The position numbers and the translations under genes are program-made. Source: a virus. From it: DNA of 64,000 nt. Of the stretch, positions 26,227-35,050 are shown piece by piece. The stretch's first letter is position 1, and each line of letters opens with the position of its first letter. The stretch spans positions 1 through 64,000 of the IMG/VR virus record IMGVR_UViG_3300045988_114464; one strand, 5' to 3'. The notes under the pieces were generated by a model. That model did no database searches, had not been told where the DNA came from, and saw only the letters and a program-made list of their open reading frames with translations.

Positions 26227-26307
26227 TTTTATTTGCTCCTTTCAAAAAGCACCTTGTTTGTTTGTGATACTAATATAACATTTTTGTTTTAACTTGTCAA
26301 GTGTTAT

Positions 26308-26514
26308 TTACAAAATATATTCGCCTGTTTTTAACGATTGCGGTATTAACTGTGCATAATCTGGATGACTTACAAATTTTACATATTTCAATATATATTT
26401 CTCTGCATTGTTTAATTCCTCTTCGTCCATTTCATTCGCATCTTTCAAATCAAGTTTGAATTTTTGTGAAACATTATTTATAACATCCTCAATCGGATAA
26501 TATTTTTTACTCAT
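26308..26514 (-). CDS. hypothetical protein (start re-called)
   Basis: ATG at 26514 after GGAGA (MSKKYYPIEDV). The 5' part of the track ORF overlaps 26534..26701 in another frame. Confidence 0.45.
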   Translation of the reverse strand: MSKKYYPIEDVINNVSQKFKLDLKDANEMDEEELNNAEKYILKYVKFVSHPDYAQLIPQSLKTGEYIL

Positions 26515-26533
26515 GATATTTCTCCATTGCTCC

Positions 26534-26701
26534 TTAATTAGCGCATTTTTCGCTATCTTTATAAATTTTATACGCTTGCCCGTTCCATGTCCAAACATCA
26601 AAACTTTCATGTTCGTTAAATAAATAACGCTCTTCTTCCCAAGTGCCTAAACTTTCGATTTTGGCAATGGTTTCTATATCTTTTCTGTCTACGGTTCGCA
26701 T
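26534..26701 (-). CDS. hypothetical small protein (not in ORF track)
   Basis: MRTVDRKDIETIAKIESLGTWEEERYLFNEHESFDVWTWNGQAYKIYKDSEKCAN. The ATG follows the upstream TGA stop after 2 nt. Confidence 0.4.
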   Translation of the reverse strand: MRTVDRKDIETIAKIESLGTWEEERYLFNEHESFDVWTWNGQAYKIYKDSEKCAN

Positions 26702-26703
26702 TT

Positions 26704-26943
26704 TCATTTTGCGTTGCTCCTTTTCTTTGTAATAATTCTTTTTGCTTTGATAACTATTTCATTGTTATCGAATTTAGTAAGTCCAGCGTTTATAATACTA
26801 ATTGCATTTACACAGTCAATATTATATTCTCTTAAATCTTGACTAAAAATTTTCATATACAAAACGCCATTGCTAAAAAAACATTCTTTATCTTTTATTT
26901 TTTCAAAAGCAATTTCGTTTTCTTTCTTGTATTCTATAAGCAT
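26704..26943 (-). CDS. hypothetical protein
   Basis: 79-aa ORF. Confidence 0.5.
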   Translation of the reverse strand: MLIEYKKENEIAFEKIKDKECFFSNGVLYMKIFSQDLREYNIDCVNAISIINAGLTKFDNNEIVIKAKRIITKKRSNAK

Positions 26944-27102
26944 GTTATTTTTCGCTCCTTCGCTTTAGCTTGTCCTAATAATAACACACGTTCCGCAATC
27001 CGTCAACCATTTTCAATCACAATTTTCTAATTTTGTATATATTGTTTAAATTTCGATATAAACTCAATGGATATATAGCAAAACTGCATAAATAAGCAAT
27101 AG

Positions 27103-27131
27103 ACACGAAAAAAGAGGGCTTTAGCGCCCTC
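27103..27131 (-). terminator. rho-independent terminator
   Basis: GAGGGC-tttagc-GCCCTC stem, followed in minus sense by T6. Confidence 0.6.
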
Positions 27132-27267
27132 TTCTTCTCGCCTTACGTGCTCTTGTCTGCCTTGCGTGCTCCTCTACTTTACACATAAGCAGTACACAAG
27201 TAACAACGGCAATCATAACGGGAACACCGACCATCAAACGGTCAGCCAAACTAAACCAATCAAACAT
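27121..27267 (-). CDS. small membrane protein (not in ORF track)
   Basis: AAGGGAAGG SD followed by MFDWFSLADRLMVGVPVMIAVVTCVLLMCKVEEHARQTRARKARRRGR. Confidence 0.4.
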   Translation of the reverse strand: MFDWFSLADRLMVGVPVMIAVVTCVLLMCKVEEHARQTRARKARRRGR

Positions 27268-27282
27268 AATGTATACCTTCCC

Positions 27283-27570
27283 TTAGTCCATTGCAACCGC
27301 AATCAATACGCGGTCATCCTCGATGTTATCAGTTCCCATGTCTTCAAATACGACAGCATACAAACGGCTTGCATCTAAAGTGCCATACACTCCCCAAACG
27401 TTACCATCTTCAGTTTGAAGGTAACATAAGCCTTTATCTTGCGGCACTACTTCTACGGCGTGCTCAATCCGCAAATTGTCATCACTCCAAACAATGGGAG
27501 CGGTAGAGGTAGGAACGTTGCCTGCAAGTAACGCAGAAATAAGAGAAGCACAGATACCAAAATTTAACAT
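27283..27570 (-). CDS. small secreted protein
   Basis: N-terminal signal-like MLNFGICASLISALLAGNV. Confidence 0.5.
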   Translation of the reverse strand: MLNFGICASLISALLAGNVPTSTAPIVWSDDNLRIEHAVEVVPQDKGLCYLQTEDGNVWGVYGTLDASRLYAVVFEDMGTDNIEDDRVLIAVAMD

Positions 27571-27739
27571 GATTGATTGACTCCTTTCAAAAGTCGGTAT
27601 TTTGTTTATTGCCTTTTCCCTTTCGGCATACTAAGTATAACATAACACAAGCCACAACACAAGACTTTTTTCTTCATCAGATTATACAAATTCATCATTG
27701 CTCATTTGTGCATTATTTCATACTATATAATACATAATA

Positions 27740-28460
27740 GAGAACGTATACTATTTTAGTATACTTTACATCCGACCGCTCAAGACTTCCAATTCCTGTA
27801 AATAACTTGTCAATAGCAATCTTATACAAAACGACCTAATCAATCTTGTGTACTTTACCTATTGACAGAAAATAAACGATAACTCATATCATTAAGCAAT
27901 AGGATAGGTTATAATCGGCTCAGAATCGCCCAGAATCGCTTTTCAATGCCAAACGTAAAACTATAAGCCGACTTTCTAAAAATCGACGCTGACGCGATTT
28001 GTCAAAACCAGCGCTTTAATTTTGTATACTTTGCCTATTGATTGTGCAAATTCCGTGCTATTTAGTAAACATATACAAAAGCAGTCTTATATCTTTGTTA
28101 CTATTGCACAAGCGACTGAAGATATAGAACATCATGAATGATAATAAACATTTGAATATATGAATGTGCAATATGATATTCGATATTCAATATCATACAC
28201 GATATATAATAACTATACAAAGGCAATGCATACGATATGGATACACTTTATCAAACTAAAATCTACTATTGAAGTATACAATTCTAATAATGAATACTGT
28301 TTTAGTATACAATAATCATATACTAAATGAGTATATGTTTACTGATATAGTGCGCTTTACTATGATAACACTACACTTAACTAAAGTATACTATAGTTGT
28401 ACACATTGACGCGCTGATGCTATAGTATACTATACGAGTATATGATAAATGTATACAAGA
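27740..28460. repeat. cluster of AGTATAC(T) iteron-like motifs in an ORF-free region
   Basis: At least 10 copies or near-copies, for example GTATACTattttAGTATAC at 27746-27765, others near 28273, 28304, 28385, 28424 and 28451, and two more near 29240-29260. Confidence 0.65.
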
Positions 28461-28470
28461 TAAGTAGACA

Positions 28471-28655
28471 TTGAAGGGAGGAAGGGAGCGAGTGGATATA
28501 TATACAATATGATGAATAAAGAGAAGGTGATGAGATGATGATATATGATGATGATTGAAGGTGGTTTATGATGTTATATGATATAGAGATGAATACTATA
28601 TAGGAAGGGAGGAAGGGAGGGAGAAAGGGGAAAGTGAAGGGAAAAGTGCGGGATT
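28471..28655. other. C-depleted purine-rich block
   Basis: About 185 nt containing only 4 C by hand count (GAAGGGAGGAAGGGAG...GGAAGGGAGGAAGGGAGGGAGAAAGGGGAAAG). Confidence 0.8.
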
Positions 28656-28730
28656 TATACCAGAAAAGAAAAAAATCGTAATATACACACGCGAGAAGTT
28701 ACAAAAACAAGGCTTTTCCAGCAGTTGTCA

Positions 28731-28795
28731 TATTCCTTGTATTCCGATAGGTTTAGTAGGAATTGCTTTATATTCCAGGTTTCCTATAGGAATAT
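28731..28795. promoter_or_regulatory. TATTCC/GGAATA site cluster including the perfect palindrome TTCCTATAGGAA
   Basis: TATTCCTTGTATTCCGATAGG...TAGGAATTG...TATTCCAGGTTTCCTATAGGAATATAGG. The palindrome is at 28781-28792. Confidence 0.6.
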
Positions 28796-28920
28796 AGGGG
28801 GAGGGTATTAGATTTACCATATAATCACAATTAGTCGGTGCTGATTGGTAACATTTTCCATTCTGTAGAGGGGGTAAATTCTGGATGAAGAACCATTTTT
28901 TGGAACTTTTTTCGGCATTA

Positions 28921-29110
28921 GTCCTCACCATCACACCACCCCTAATCACTCCCATTTCCACCATATTTTACCACCCCTTTCCCTCCTCTTTCCCCTCCAT
29001 TCATCCCTCTTCCTTCTCCATCCCCACACCCATCCACCAGCCGTCCCTTTCCGTTCCAATCGGTCATTTTCGCCATTTTCAACCCTTCAAATTTCCCCTT
29101 AAAATTCCGT
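28921..29110. other. G-depleted pyrimidine-rich block
   Basis: About 190 nt with 8 G by hand count, and only 1 G in the first approximately 110 nt (CACCATCACACCACCCCTAATCACTCCC...CCCTCCTCTTTCCCCTCC). Confidence 0.8.
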
Positions 29111-29367
29111 CACATTTTTATAGGGAGTTTTCACCTATATTCACACATTTTTATAGGGACTTCAAAAAAGTTAATAAAATGTTTACAATTTGTTCATATT
29201 GTTGTAATAAGTTTGTGATAGCGTTATAATGTGCGTCAAAGTATACCAAAATAGTATATATTCAGATTGCACTAAGCTGTACTAATTTACGTTGTTTAGA
29301 CAATAAAAATATACCTAAAATTATTCGTGGTTTTTCATGAGTTTTAAGGAGTAATAGAACCGTTAAG

Positions 29368-29491
29368 AATTTTTGGACAAAAAATGTATATATAACAAGG
29401 GCTATGATATATATACAAAAAATGTCCAAAAATTAAAATGGCTTTAGCCAGTATAGGTAATACGACATATTTTGTCTTATGTCCAAAAATT
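29368..29491 (+). promoter_or_regulatory. three copies of the 12-mer TGTCCAAAAATT (one inverted)
   Basis: AATTTTTGGACA at 29368-29379 (inverted); ATGTCCAAAAATT at 29422-29434 and 29479-29491. Confidence 0.55.
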
Positions 29492-30606
29492 TAGAAGGGG
29501 GCTTCTATGTGAGAGAACCAAAAAAGAATCCAATAGAAAGTATGAAAGGAGAAGAATTAGAAAAGTTTATTAGTAACTTGAGAAAGATACAAGGTCAGCC
29601 GTTATCTTATTCTAAACTATGTGAAGCATTGAATTTGCCGAAGAAGTCCAGTAATTCTAAAACAGCGCAATTAAATGACCTAAAGGTTATCTGTAATTTT
29701 GATATTAGTTCCAGCCCAACTCGATATACTATTACAGAAGTATTTAGCTATTTGCAACCGTGTATGGATTTCTTAAATTCTAATGTCATGCGGATTCAGT
29801 TGTCTATGGAATCAGCGCTCTTTCAAGCGTTCTTAAATAACAATGGCAAGAGCCTGTATCTATCTAACATGGAGTTGCTAAAGACCGTTGGAGCAGTTAA
29901 TGAAAATTTCGCTTACTGTATCGACTATAAGGCGCTAAACAAAATTGATAAGAACCTGCTTTATATGTCGGATATGGTTATGCCTGTTTATCGTTTGCTA
30001 TCAGTTTGGGTTAAAAGAAAGATTGAAAAGATGGTTATTCGTGGGACGTTCCATACAGGATTTGGCTTTAGGCTATATCGTTATCATAGAGGGCAGTATG
30101 GTATGTATATAACCAAGCATGATGTGCCGAGAGAAACCGAACTAAATAAAGAATGTATGGCGCTGTTCAATCAAGCCGTTAATCATTGTTTGCCAAGAAG
30201 TTGGGGAGGGGAATGGGTTTCAATCAAGACTTGGGAAAACTTTGAGAAGTATCTTGATGAAATTACACAAAAATACTTTGAAGGCAAAGGCGATTATTAT
30301 AAACTTCGGCGCATCACTGTCTATGAGCCGTCTAAAGATGAATGGATTTTACAACAGCTAAAAAATGTGAATGAGCAACTCAATGCTTTACAAGAAGTCA
30401 ATAGCAAGTCGAAATCAAAGATTCTTACAGGTAAACATATCGGTATTACTTATGATAAGCAAGGTGACGAAGTAATTGATAGCGACTTTACTATTATGCA
30501 ACGCGATAAATTTGTAGATTATAATATTGACCTGCATCCACCTGTTATTTTCAAAGAAGTGCTGAAGCAGATTAACTATTTAGAGTCGCTAAAAGAAAAG
30601 AAATAA
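29479..30606 (+). CDS. hypothetical protein, the only plus-strand gene inside the early block (DNA-binding/initiator candidate)
   Basis: 375-aa ORF. A better start is the GTG at 29509, 7 nt after AAGGGGG (MREPKKNP). There is an HTH-like stretch LSYSKLCEALNLPKKS. Function is not recognised. Confidence 0.55.
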   Translation: MSKNLEGGFYVREPKKNPIESMKGEELEKFISNLRKIQGQPLSYSKLCEALNLPKKSSNSKTAQLNDLKVICNFDISSSPTRYTITEVFSYLQPCMDFLNSNVMRIQLSMESALFQAFLNNNGKSLYLSNMELLKTVGAVNENFAYCIDYKALNKIDKNLLYMSDMVMPVYRLLSVWVKRKIEKMVIRGTFHTGFGFRLYRYHRGQYGMYITKHDVPRETELNKECMALFNQAVNHCLPRSWGGEWVSIKTWENFEKYLDEITQKYFEGKGDYYKLRRITVYEPSKDEWILQQLKNVNEQLNALQEVNSKSKSKILTGKHIGITYDKQGDEVIDSDFTIMQRDKFVDYNIDLHPPVIFKEVLKQINYLESLKEKK

Positions 30607-30615
30607 ACAAAAGAA

Positions 30616-30643
30616 AAAGACCTTGATATTACTCAAGGTCTTT
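30616..30643. terminator. bidirectional terminator between convergent genes
   Basis: AAAGACCTTGA-tattac-TCAAGGTCTTT flanked by A-run and T-run. Confidence 0.7.
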
Positions 30644-30647
30644 ATTG

Positions 30648-31043
30648 TTAAGTTGTTTCAAGTGTTCCTATTTCTAATGAACTAATACAGTTATTTATAT
30701 CACTTAAAGTATTATTTAGCTTAAATGCTAAGTGCCATCCATTATATGAGTAATAACAACTAATTGCTGTTCCATATCCAGCGTCCCCATATCCAGAAGC
30801 ATTGCCATCATGCAAGTAAAAAGCAGGGATGGTAACTGTATTAGAATAAGAAGGTAAGTGGTTTATCGCAATTAAAATTATAGATTGTAGTTTATCTACA
30901 ATTTTCAAAAAATGTGTATCATAATCATGTTCTGAAATTAGTATTTCATCATATGTGGAAACAAATTTATAATTATTGTTTACCTTAAACACGCCCAAAC
31001 TTCCTTCTGGCTTTTCAACCTTACCACTCACAATAGCATCCAT
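30648..31043 (-). CDS. type-A small paralog (MDAIVSGKVEKPEGS...SLEIGTLETT)
   Basis: ATG at 31043; the track used a TTG two codons upstream. Closest relative is 8964..9323. Confidence 0.7.
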   Translation of the reverse strand: MDAIVSGKVEKPEGSLGVFKVNNNYKFVSTYDEILISEHDYDTHFLKIVDKLQSIILIAINHLPSYSNTVTIPAFYLHDGNASGYGDAGYGTAISCYYSYNGWHLAFKLNNTLSDINNCISSLEIGTLETT

Positions 31044-31147
31044 CAGCAATCACCACCTTTCGGCAGTTGATTACTTAACCAATGCCCCCCCCAAGTGGCG
31101 AGGTAGTTTGATAATGCTAAATGTTCTCATAGGGAACACTCCTTTTC
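31044..31147 (-). promoter_or_regulatory. G-tract leader element G with mini-ORF 31071..31130
   Basis: AAAAGGAG-8nt-ATG mini-ORF encoding MRTFSIIKLPRHLGGALVK. C8 at 31085-31092. Confidence 0.8.
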
Positions 31148-31555
31148 TTAGTCTATTACCATTATTTCGACTTCAACTCTGGGACGCTTTGGGTCAACTT
31201 GAAATTCATGTTCAAACCCTACCACGTTCTTCCAGCCGTCATTATCAATGATATGAAACCTAACCAAAGCATCTTCGATAACTTTCATTCCAAAAGAGCA
31301 TATATTTGACTTATCTCGTGCTTGATTAGGCTCATACCAATGATATATGATATAAACGCTTAAATGCTCCAAGCTATCTAAAGGCTTGAAATATCGCTTT
31401 ATCTTGTTTTCCCAAGATTGCTTAAAACTCTGAGCAGTTGAACTTCCTTGATAGCATTGAGCGATATAAGCGTTAAGCGAAGGCAAAATAAACGGTATTG
31501 TGATTTTATATGAATTATCTTTAAGATGAACGCAATCAGGGCGATAGCTCATCAT
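31148..31555 (-). CDS. rusA: RusA-like Holliday junction resolvase
   Basis: IPFILPSLNAY, ARDKSNICSFGMKVIEDALVRFHIIDNDGW and PRVEVEI match the RusA pattern; about 130 aa. Confidence 0.6.
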   Translation of the reverse strand: MMSYRPDCVHLKDNSYKITIPFILPSLNAYIAQCYQGSSTAQSFKQSWENKIKRYFKPLDSLEHLSVYIIYHWYEPNQARDKSNICSFGMKVIEDALVRFHIIDNDGWKNVVGFEHEFQVDPKRPRVEVEIMVID

Positions 31556-31563
31556 AATTCTCC

Positions 31564-31902
31564 TTATTCAGCAAGTTCGCCAGCATCTTCATGCGCTTCA
31601 GCTTCGCCAGTTGGCGCTTCGTCAGCGCTCTTATCTTCAATAGTAAGCATTAGCTTAACATACTTGCCATCTTCGCGTCTCCACTGATAACCACTACCCG
31701 TATCTTCATTCTCAATCTGAGCAAAAAGATAATCGCGTACAGCTTGGATAGCTTCAGAAGTCATGTCATGTGGGTCTACCCACTTATCGTTTTCTACTGT
31801 ACCACCGACAATTACTGGAATAGTCTTATCTTCGTTATTGATGGAAGTACAAATCAGCTTAAATTCCTGCTTGGTTTCTTCGGCAATCTTCTTCTTAGCC
31901 AT
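31564..31902 (-). CDS. hypothetical acidic protein
   Basis: 112-aa ORF with an acidic C-terminus. Confidence 0.5.
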   Translation of the reverse strand: MAKKKIAEETKQEFKLICTSINNEDKTIPVIVGGTVENDKWVDPHDMTSEAIQAVRDYLFAQIENEDTGSGYQWRREDGKYVKLMLTIEDKSADEAPTGEAEAHEDAGELAE

Positions 31903-31920
31903 AGTAATTTCTCCTTTATG

Positions 31921-32199
31921 TTAATTCTTTTTATGGATATTTCTCATTCGTTCAGCCATCTGTGCCTTTTGTTCTTCAGTGAACTCGCGCTTAATTGGTG
32001 GCTTCGGTGCTCTGAACCAACTTAGCGGTACATGAGCGTAAATATAATTGCCATCGTCCTTAACAATAGTTACTTCGTTTGGATGGCTTTCAGCTAACTT
32101 ACGAAGTTGGTTCATAAACTTGCGTTCGCTTGTCCCATACTCCATATATTCATGGTCACTGTCGCGTAAGACATTTGTTTCAAAATTATATTTAGCCAT
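31921..32199 (-). CDS. hypothetical protein
   Basis: Start re-called at the ATG at 32199 (MAKYNFETN). Confidence 0.5.
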   Translation of the reverse strand: MAKYNFETNVLRDSDHEYMEYGTSERKFMNQLRKLAESHPNEVTIVKDDGNYIYAHVPLSWFRAPKPPIKREFTEEQKAQMAERMRNIHKKN

Positions 32200-32350
32200 T
32201 AGCAACTTCCTTCTTTTCTTCAACAACTACATTGTATGTACCACACTGACACTTCTTGCCACAACATTGACACTTATCTTTCTTAGTGAAAGCATATAGC
32301 TTATCAGCCAGCATATCGTTAGCGCAAGTTGAACATAGAATCATTCGCAT
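32192..32350 (-). CDS. small Cys-rich protein (not in ORF track)
   Basis: AAAAAGGAGA SD followed by MRMILCSTCANDMLADKLYAFTKKDKCQCCGKKCQCGTYNVVVEEKKEVANG. Confidence 0.45.
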   Translation of the reverse strand: MRMILCSTCANDMLADKLYAFTKKDKCQCCGKKCQCGTYNVVVEEKKEVANG

Positions 32351-32352
32351 AG

Positions 32353-32676
32353 TTAATTCTCCTTTTTATTAAAAAGTGTCTTAGTTGGTAAATGACCAGT
32401 TTTAACTGTTAACATAGGATTTTCAACATCTGATTCAGCAATCATTGCGTCAATTTTTTCCTTGTGCTCAAGATAATCAATCAACTTGGCGAGATACCAT
32501 TGCGCTTTCCGAACATCCTCCAAGCCGTTTTTAGCTTCGTATCTCCAAAGATACTTGATTACATTTGCCACACATACAGCTTCAAGTCCAGTCTTATTTA
32601 CTGTTGCCGATTCAAGAGCGTCAATACATTCGACTTTACCTTGCTTATAGTGCGAAGGGTTGATAGCGTCTGCCAT
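32353..32676 (-). CDS. DUF3310-family phage protein
   Basis: INPSHYKQGKVECIDA...NVIKYLWRYEAKNGLEDVRKAQWYL matches the family pattern as I remember it. Confidence 0.55.
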   Translation of the reverse strand: MADAINPSHYKQGKVECIDALESATVNKTGLEAVCVANVIKYLWRYEAKNGLEDVRKAQWYLAKLIDYLEHKEKIDAMIAESDVENPMLTVKTGHLPTKTLFNKKEN

Positions 32677-32770
32677 AGCTTAGACCTCCTTATGTCTTTG
32701 TTTTTATTGTATCACAATTTAGGCAAAAAGTCAATAATTAAATTGTGAACAAATTGTTAATAAAGTTAAT

Positions 32771-34096
32771 CTATACTCGTTTAGGATGTTCTTTGTATTT
32801 GGGGTATAAATCATAATTATAAGCCGTGTCATATTGCCAAGTAAATCCACCGCAGTGTTTATATTTACCTGTACAGCATTTTTGGATATTTTGTGCCAGT
32901 ATGCCTGTTTCAAACGAAGCTGAAGAAGCGTCAAGATAGTGAGTATTTGTTTCGACACAATATACTGGTGTACTACCTTTTATTGGTTTGTTTATAATAG
33001 CTTGAATTTCTTCAAGTTCTAATTGAGAGTATTCGTCATAAAACATCCATTTTAAGTATTGTCCTTCGGCAAATCCAGCATATTCGCTTTTGTGTTCGGC
33101 ACAATTTCTAATAGAATCGCTGAATTTGATATTAGCGTAATCTCTTGCTTCTACCTGTGTTTTATAAATTTTTCCTGTGTTTAAGCATACAATAGGTGGG
33201 TTGACATTAGTCCATCGTTGGACAATAATTTCTGTGATAGTTTCATTTGTAAGTTCTTCATAGTCGTTAATATAAATAAAAATTTGCCCGTAAGTAGTTT
33301 TTTTATCGCCACGGCAACTGCCAGCAACAAGACTATAGGGAATATCGTAATATTCGCTGGCTTTTGAAGGATTGTCAAAAATTTTACCATCAATCAAATT
33401 CATGACAGGGTTAAATTTAAGGCTTTGTAGATAATTCGCGTGTTGCTTTTTTCTATCTTCAAAAAGTTGTTGATAATCTTCAAGAGACTTAGATTTATCA
33501 TATTTTTCCCAAAACAAAGGAGCGCCTTCAATATTTTTGCCCGCAGTCCATTGTCGGCTATTTGTTTCAAATATATGAGATATATTTCGTTCATGGCAAC
33601 CTGTGCATCCTTGTTTGGTCTTTTCTTCTCCTGCAATGGTTAAAGACGGAAAAATCTCTAAGGTGTTTAAGCAAATAACAGGAATGTTTACAGATAGATT
33701 TGCTCTATCGTGATGTTTTCCATAAAAACTATTGTTCTTCCCCTTTCTTGTTTCAGAAAAAAGTTGTTTGGTTTCTTCGCTATGATGCCTACCAAACATA
33801 GGCGCACTACCGCCGATTGAAAGATTATATCCAATCTTAGGGTCACGAGCATGATATTTGTCAATTAGTTCAATTTCTTTTTGAAAGGCTTCTTCTTGAG
33901 TTAGGCCTTCAATCAAAATTTCTTTTATGAAATTATTTTCGCCATATTTTTGAATAGCATGATGCAAACGAGGGTTGCCTTTATATCCATACCCACTTTG
34001 CCATCTTTCTTTTAGAGTTCGTGAAGTGATGCCTATATATATTAAACCGTTGTGTTTATCGGTATATTTGTATACCTTCCAAGTGTTGTTGCACAT
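32771..34096 (-). CDS. GIY-YIG homing endonuclease with NUMOD-like repeats
   Basis: VYKYTDKHNGLIYIGITSRTLKERWQSGYGY...N (GIY-YIG core), then repeated PMFGRHHSEETK / GKNNSFYGKHH modules. Confidence 0.75.
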   Translation of the reverse strand: MCNNTWKVYKYTDKHNGLIYIGITSRTLKERWQSGYGYKGNPRLHHAIQKYGENNFIKEILIEGLTQEEAFQKEIELIDKYHARDPKIGYNLSIGGSAPMFGRHHSEETKQLFSETRKGKNNSFYGKHHDRANLSVNIPVICLNTLEIFPSLTIAGEEKTKQGCTGCHERNISHIFETNSRQWTAGKNIEGAPLFWEKYDKSKSLEDYQQLFEDRKKQHANYLQSLKFNPVMNLIDGKIFDNPSKASEYYDIPYSLVAGSCRGDKKTTYGQIFIYINDYEELTNETITEIIVQRWTNVNPPIVCLNTGKIYKTQVEARDYANIKFSDSIRNCAEHKSEYAGFAEGQYLKWMFYDEYSQLELEEIQAIINKPIKGSTPVYCVETNTHYLDASSASFETGILAQNIQKCCTGKYKHCGGFTWQYDTAYNYDLYPKYKEHPKRV

Positions 34097-34422
34097 AATA
34101 TCCTCCTATGCAATAATCCTTAAAATCGAGTAGAAGAATTATTCTACCTATTTATTATTATACTACAAAAGGATAAAAATGTCAACTCAAAAATTGACAA
34201 AATTGGACACCAATATTTATATTTGTGTGGTAAGCACGATTTCTTAAAGACAGTGTAGCACACTGCTGACTTGAAGTCAATAGTAATCATTGGCTAAAGC
34301 ACGAAATTTTTTATTTAAGTAGCAACGGTAGTGAAAAAGTTTATCTGCGGAAAGGTAAGAAGGAAAATTGTAGTCGAAAGCAAAGGAAACAACTGTTGTG
34401 TAAAAGAAATAAGTGAAGGGGG

Positions 34423-34451
34423 TTGACGAAAGTGTAGAAGAGCGGTATAAT
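34423..34451 (+). promoter_or_regulatory. sigma-70-type promoter
   Basis: TTGACG (34423-34428), 17 nt, TATAAT (34446-34451). Confidence 0.6.
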
Positions 34452-34507
34452 TAAAGCGCAGAAATTAGCAAGTTTGGCTAAACCGAAACGAACCTTTTCT
34501 TTTATTT

Positions 34508-34610
34508 AATTTTCTTTTAGTTATAAAAAACCATTTTATCTATATATAAGTCCTGCTTACGCAGTCCTTATATATATCTAAAGCCGTTATTTTATAACTA
34601 AAAGAAAATT
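34508..34610. repeat. 103-bp palindromic element with perfect 21-bp arms
   Basis: AATTTTCTTTTAGTTATAAAA (34508-34528) / TTTTATAACTAAAAGAAAATT (34590-34610). The inner part is an imperfect palindrome centred on CTGCTTACGCAG. Confidence 0.8.
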
Positions 34611-34807
34611 TTCCAAGCGTTAATTACTTTAGTGATTTAACGCTTTAGTACGTTAAAGTGTATACGCAGTTAATCTCTGATTAACGTAGTACATATATAT
34701 TATAATATATTTATATATTATAATCGCGTGCGCGTAGCACATATTTGTTAAAAAGTCAAGACCTAAATTGTAAATAATTTGTGAACAAAATATGAACGGA
34801 GTATGAC

Positions 34808-34836
34808 TTGACTTTTTTGTAAAAATGTGCTACAAT
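34808..34836 (+). promoter_or_regulatory. sigma-70-type promoter of the rightward operon
   Basis: TTGACT (34808-34813), 17 nt, TACAAT (34831-34836). Confidence 0.65.
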
Positions 34837-34870
34837 AGTTATAATAAATAATAGAATCGAGGTGAGAGAG

Positions 34871-35050
34871 ATGGCTTGGACAGAAATGAGTTATAACAGA
34901 AATTTTTTTGATGACACACTTGACGAAGATACAATTTGTCATAAGAAGTCATTAAGTGAATCATATACTTTGCGCTTACAGAAACGACAAGAGATGGAAA
35001 GTAAGCGTCAAGAGCGACTAAAGAAGAAGTACAAGGGTGAGCAACAATGA
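34871..35050 (+). CDS. hypothetical small protein
   Basis: GAGGTGAG SD followed by MAWTEMSYNRNFF.... The stop overlaps the next start. Confidence 0.5.
   Translation: MAWTEMSYNRNFFDDTLDEDTICHKKSLSESYTLRLQKRQEMESKRQERLKKKYKGEQQ

Noticed and set aside
28885-29229. Plus-strand 114-aa ORF rich in P, S, F and H.
   Set aside because: It lies exactly on the G-depleted block, has no SD, and its low-complexity composition follows from the nucleotide skew. I treat it as an artefact.
29453-29462. TAATACGAC, identical to the first 9 nt of the T7 promoter.
   Set aside because: The rest of the T7 consensus is absent, and a 9-mer match is expected by chance at about this window size. The encoded polymerase candidate is also not T7-like.
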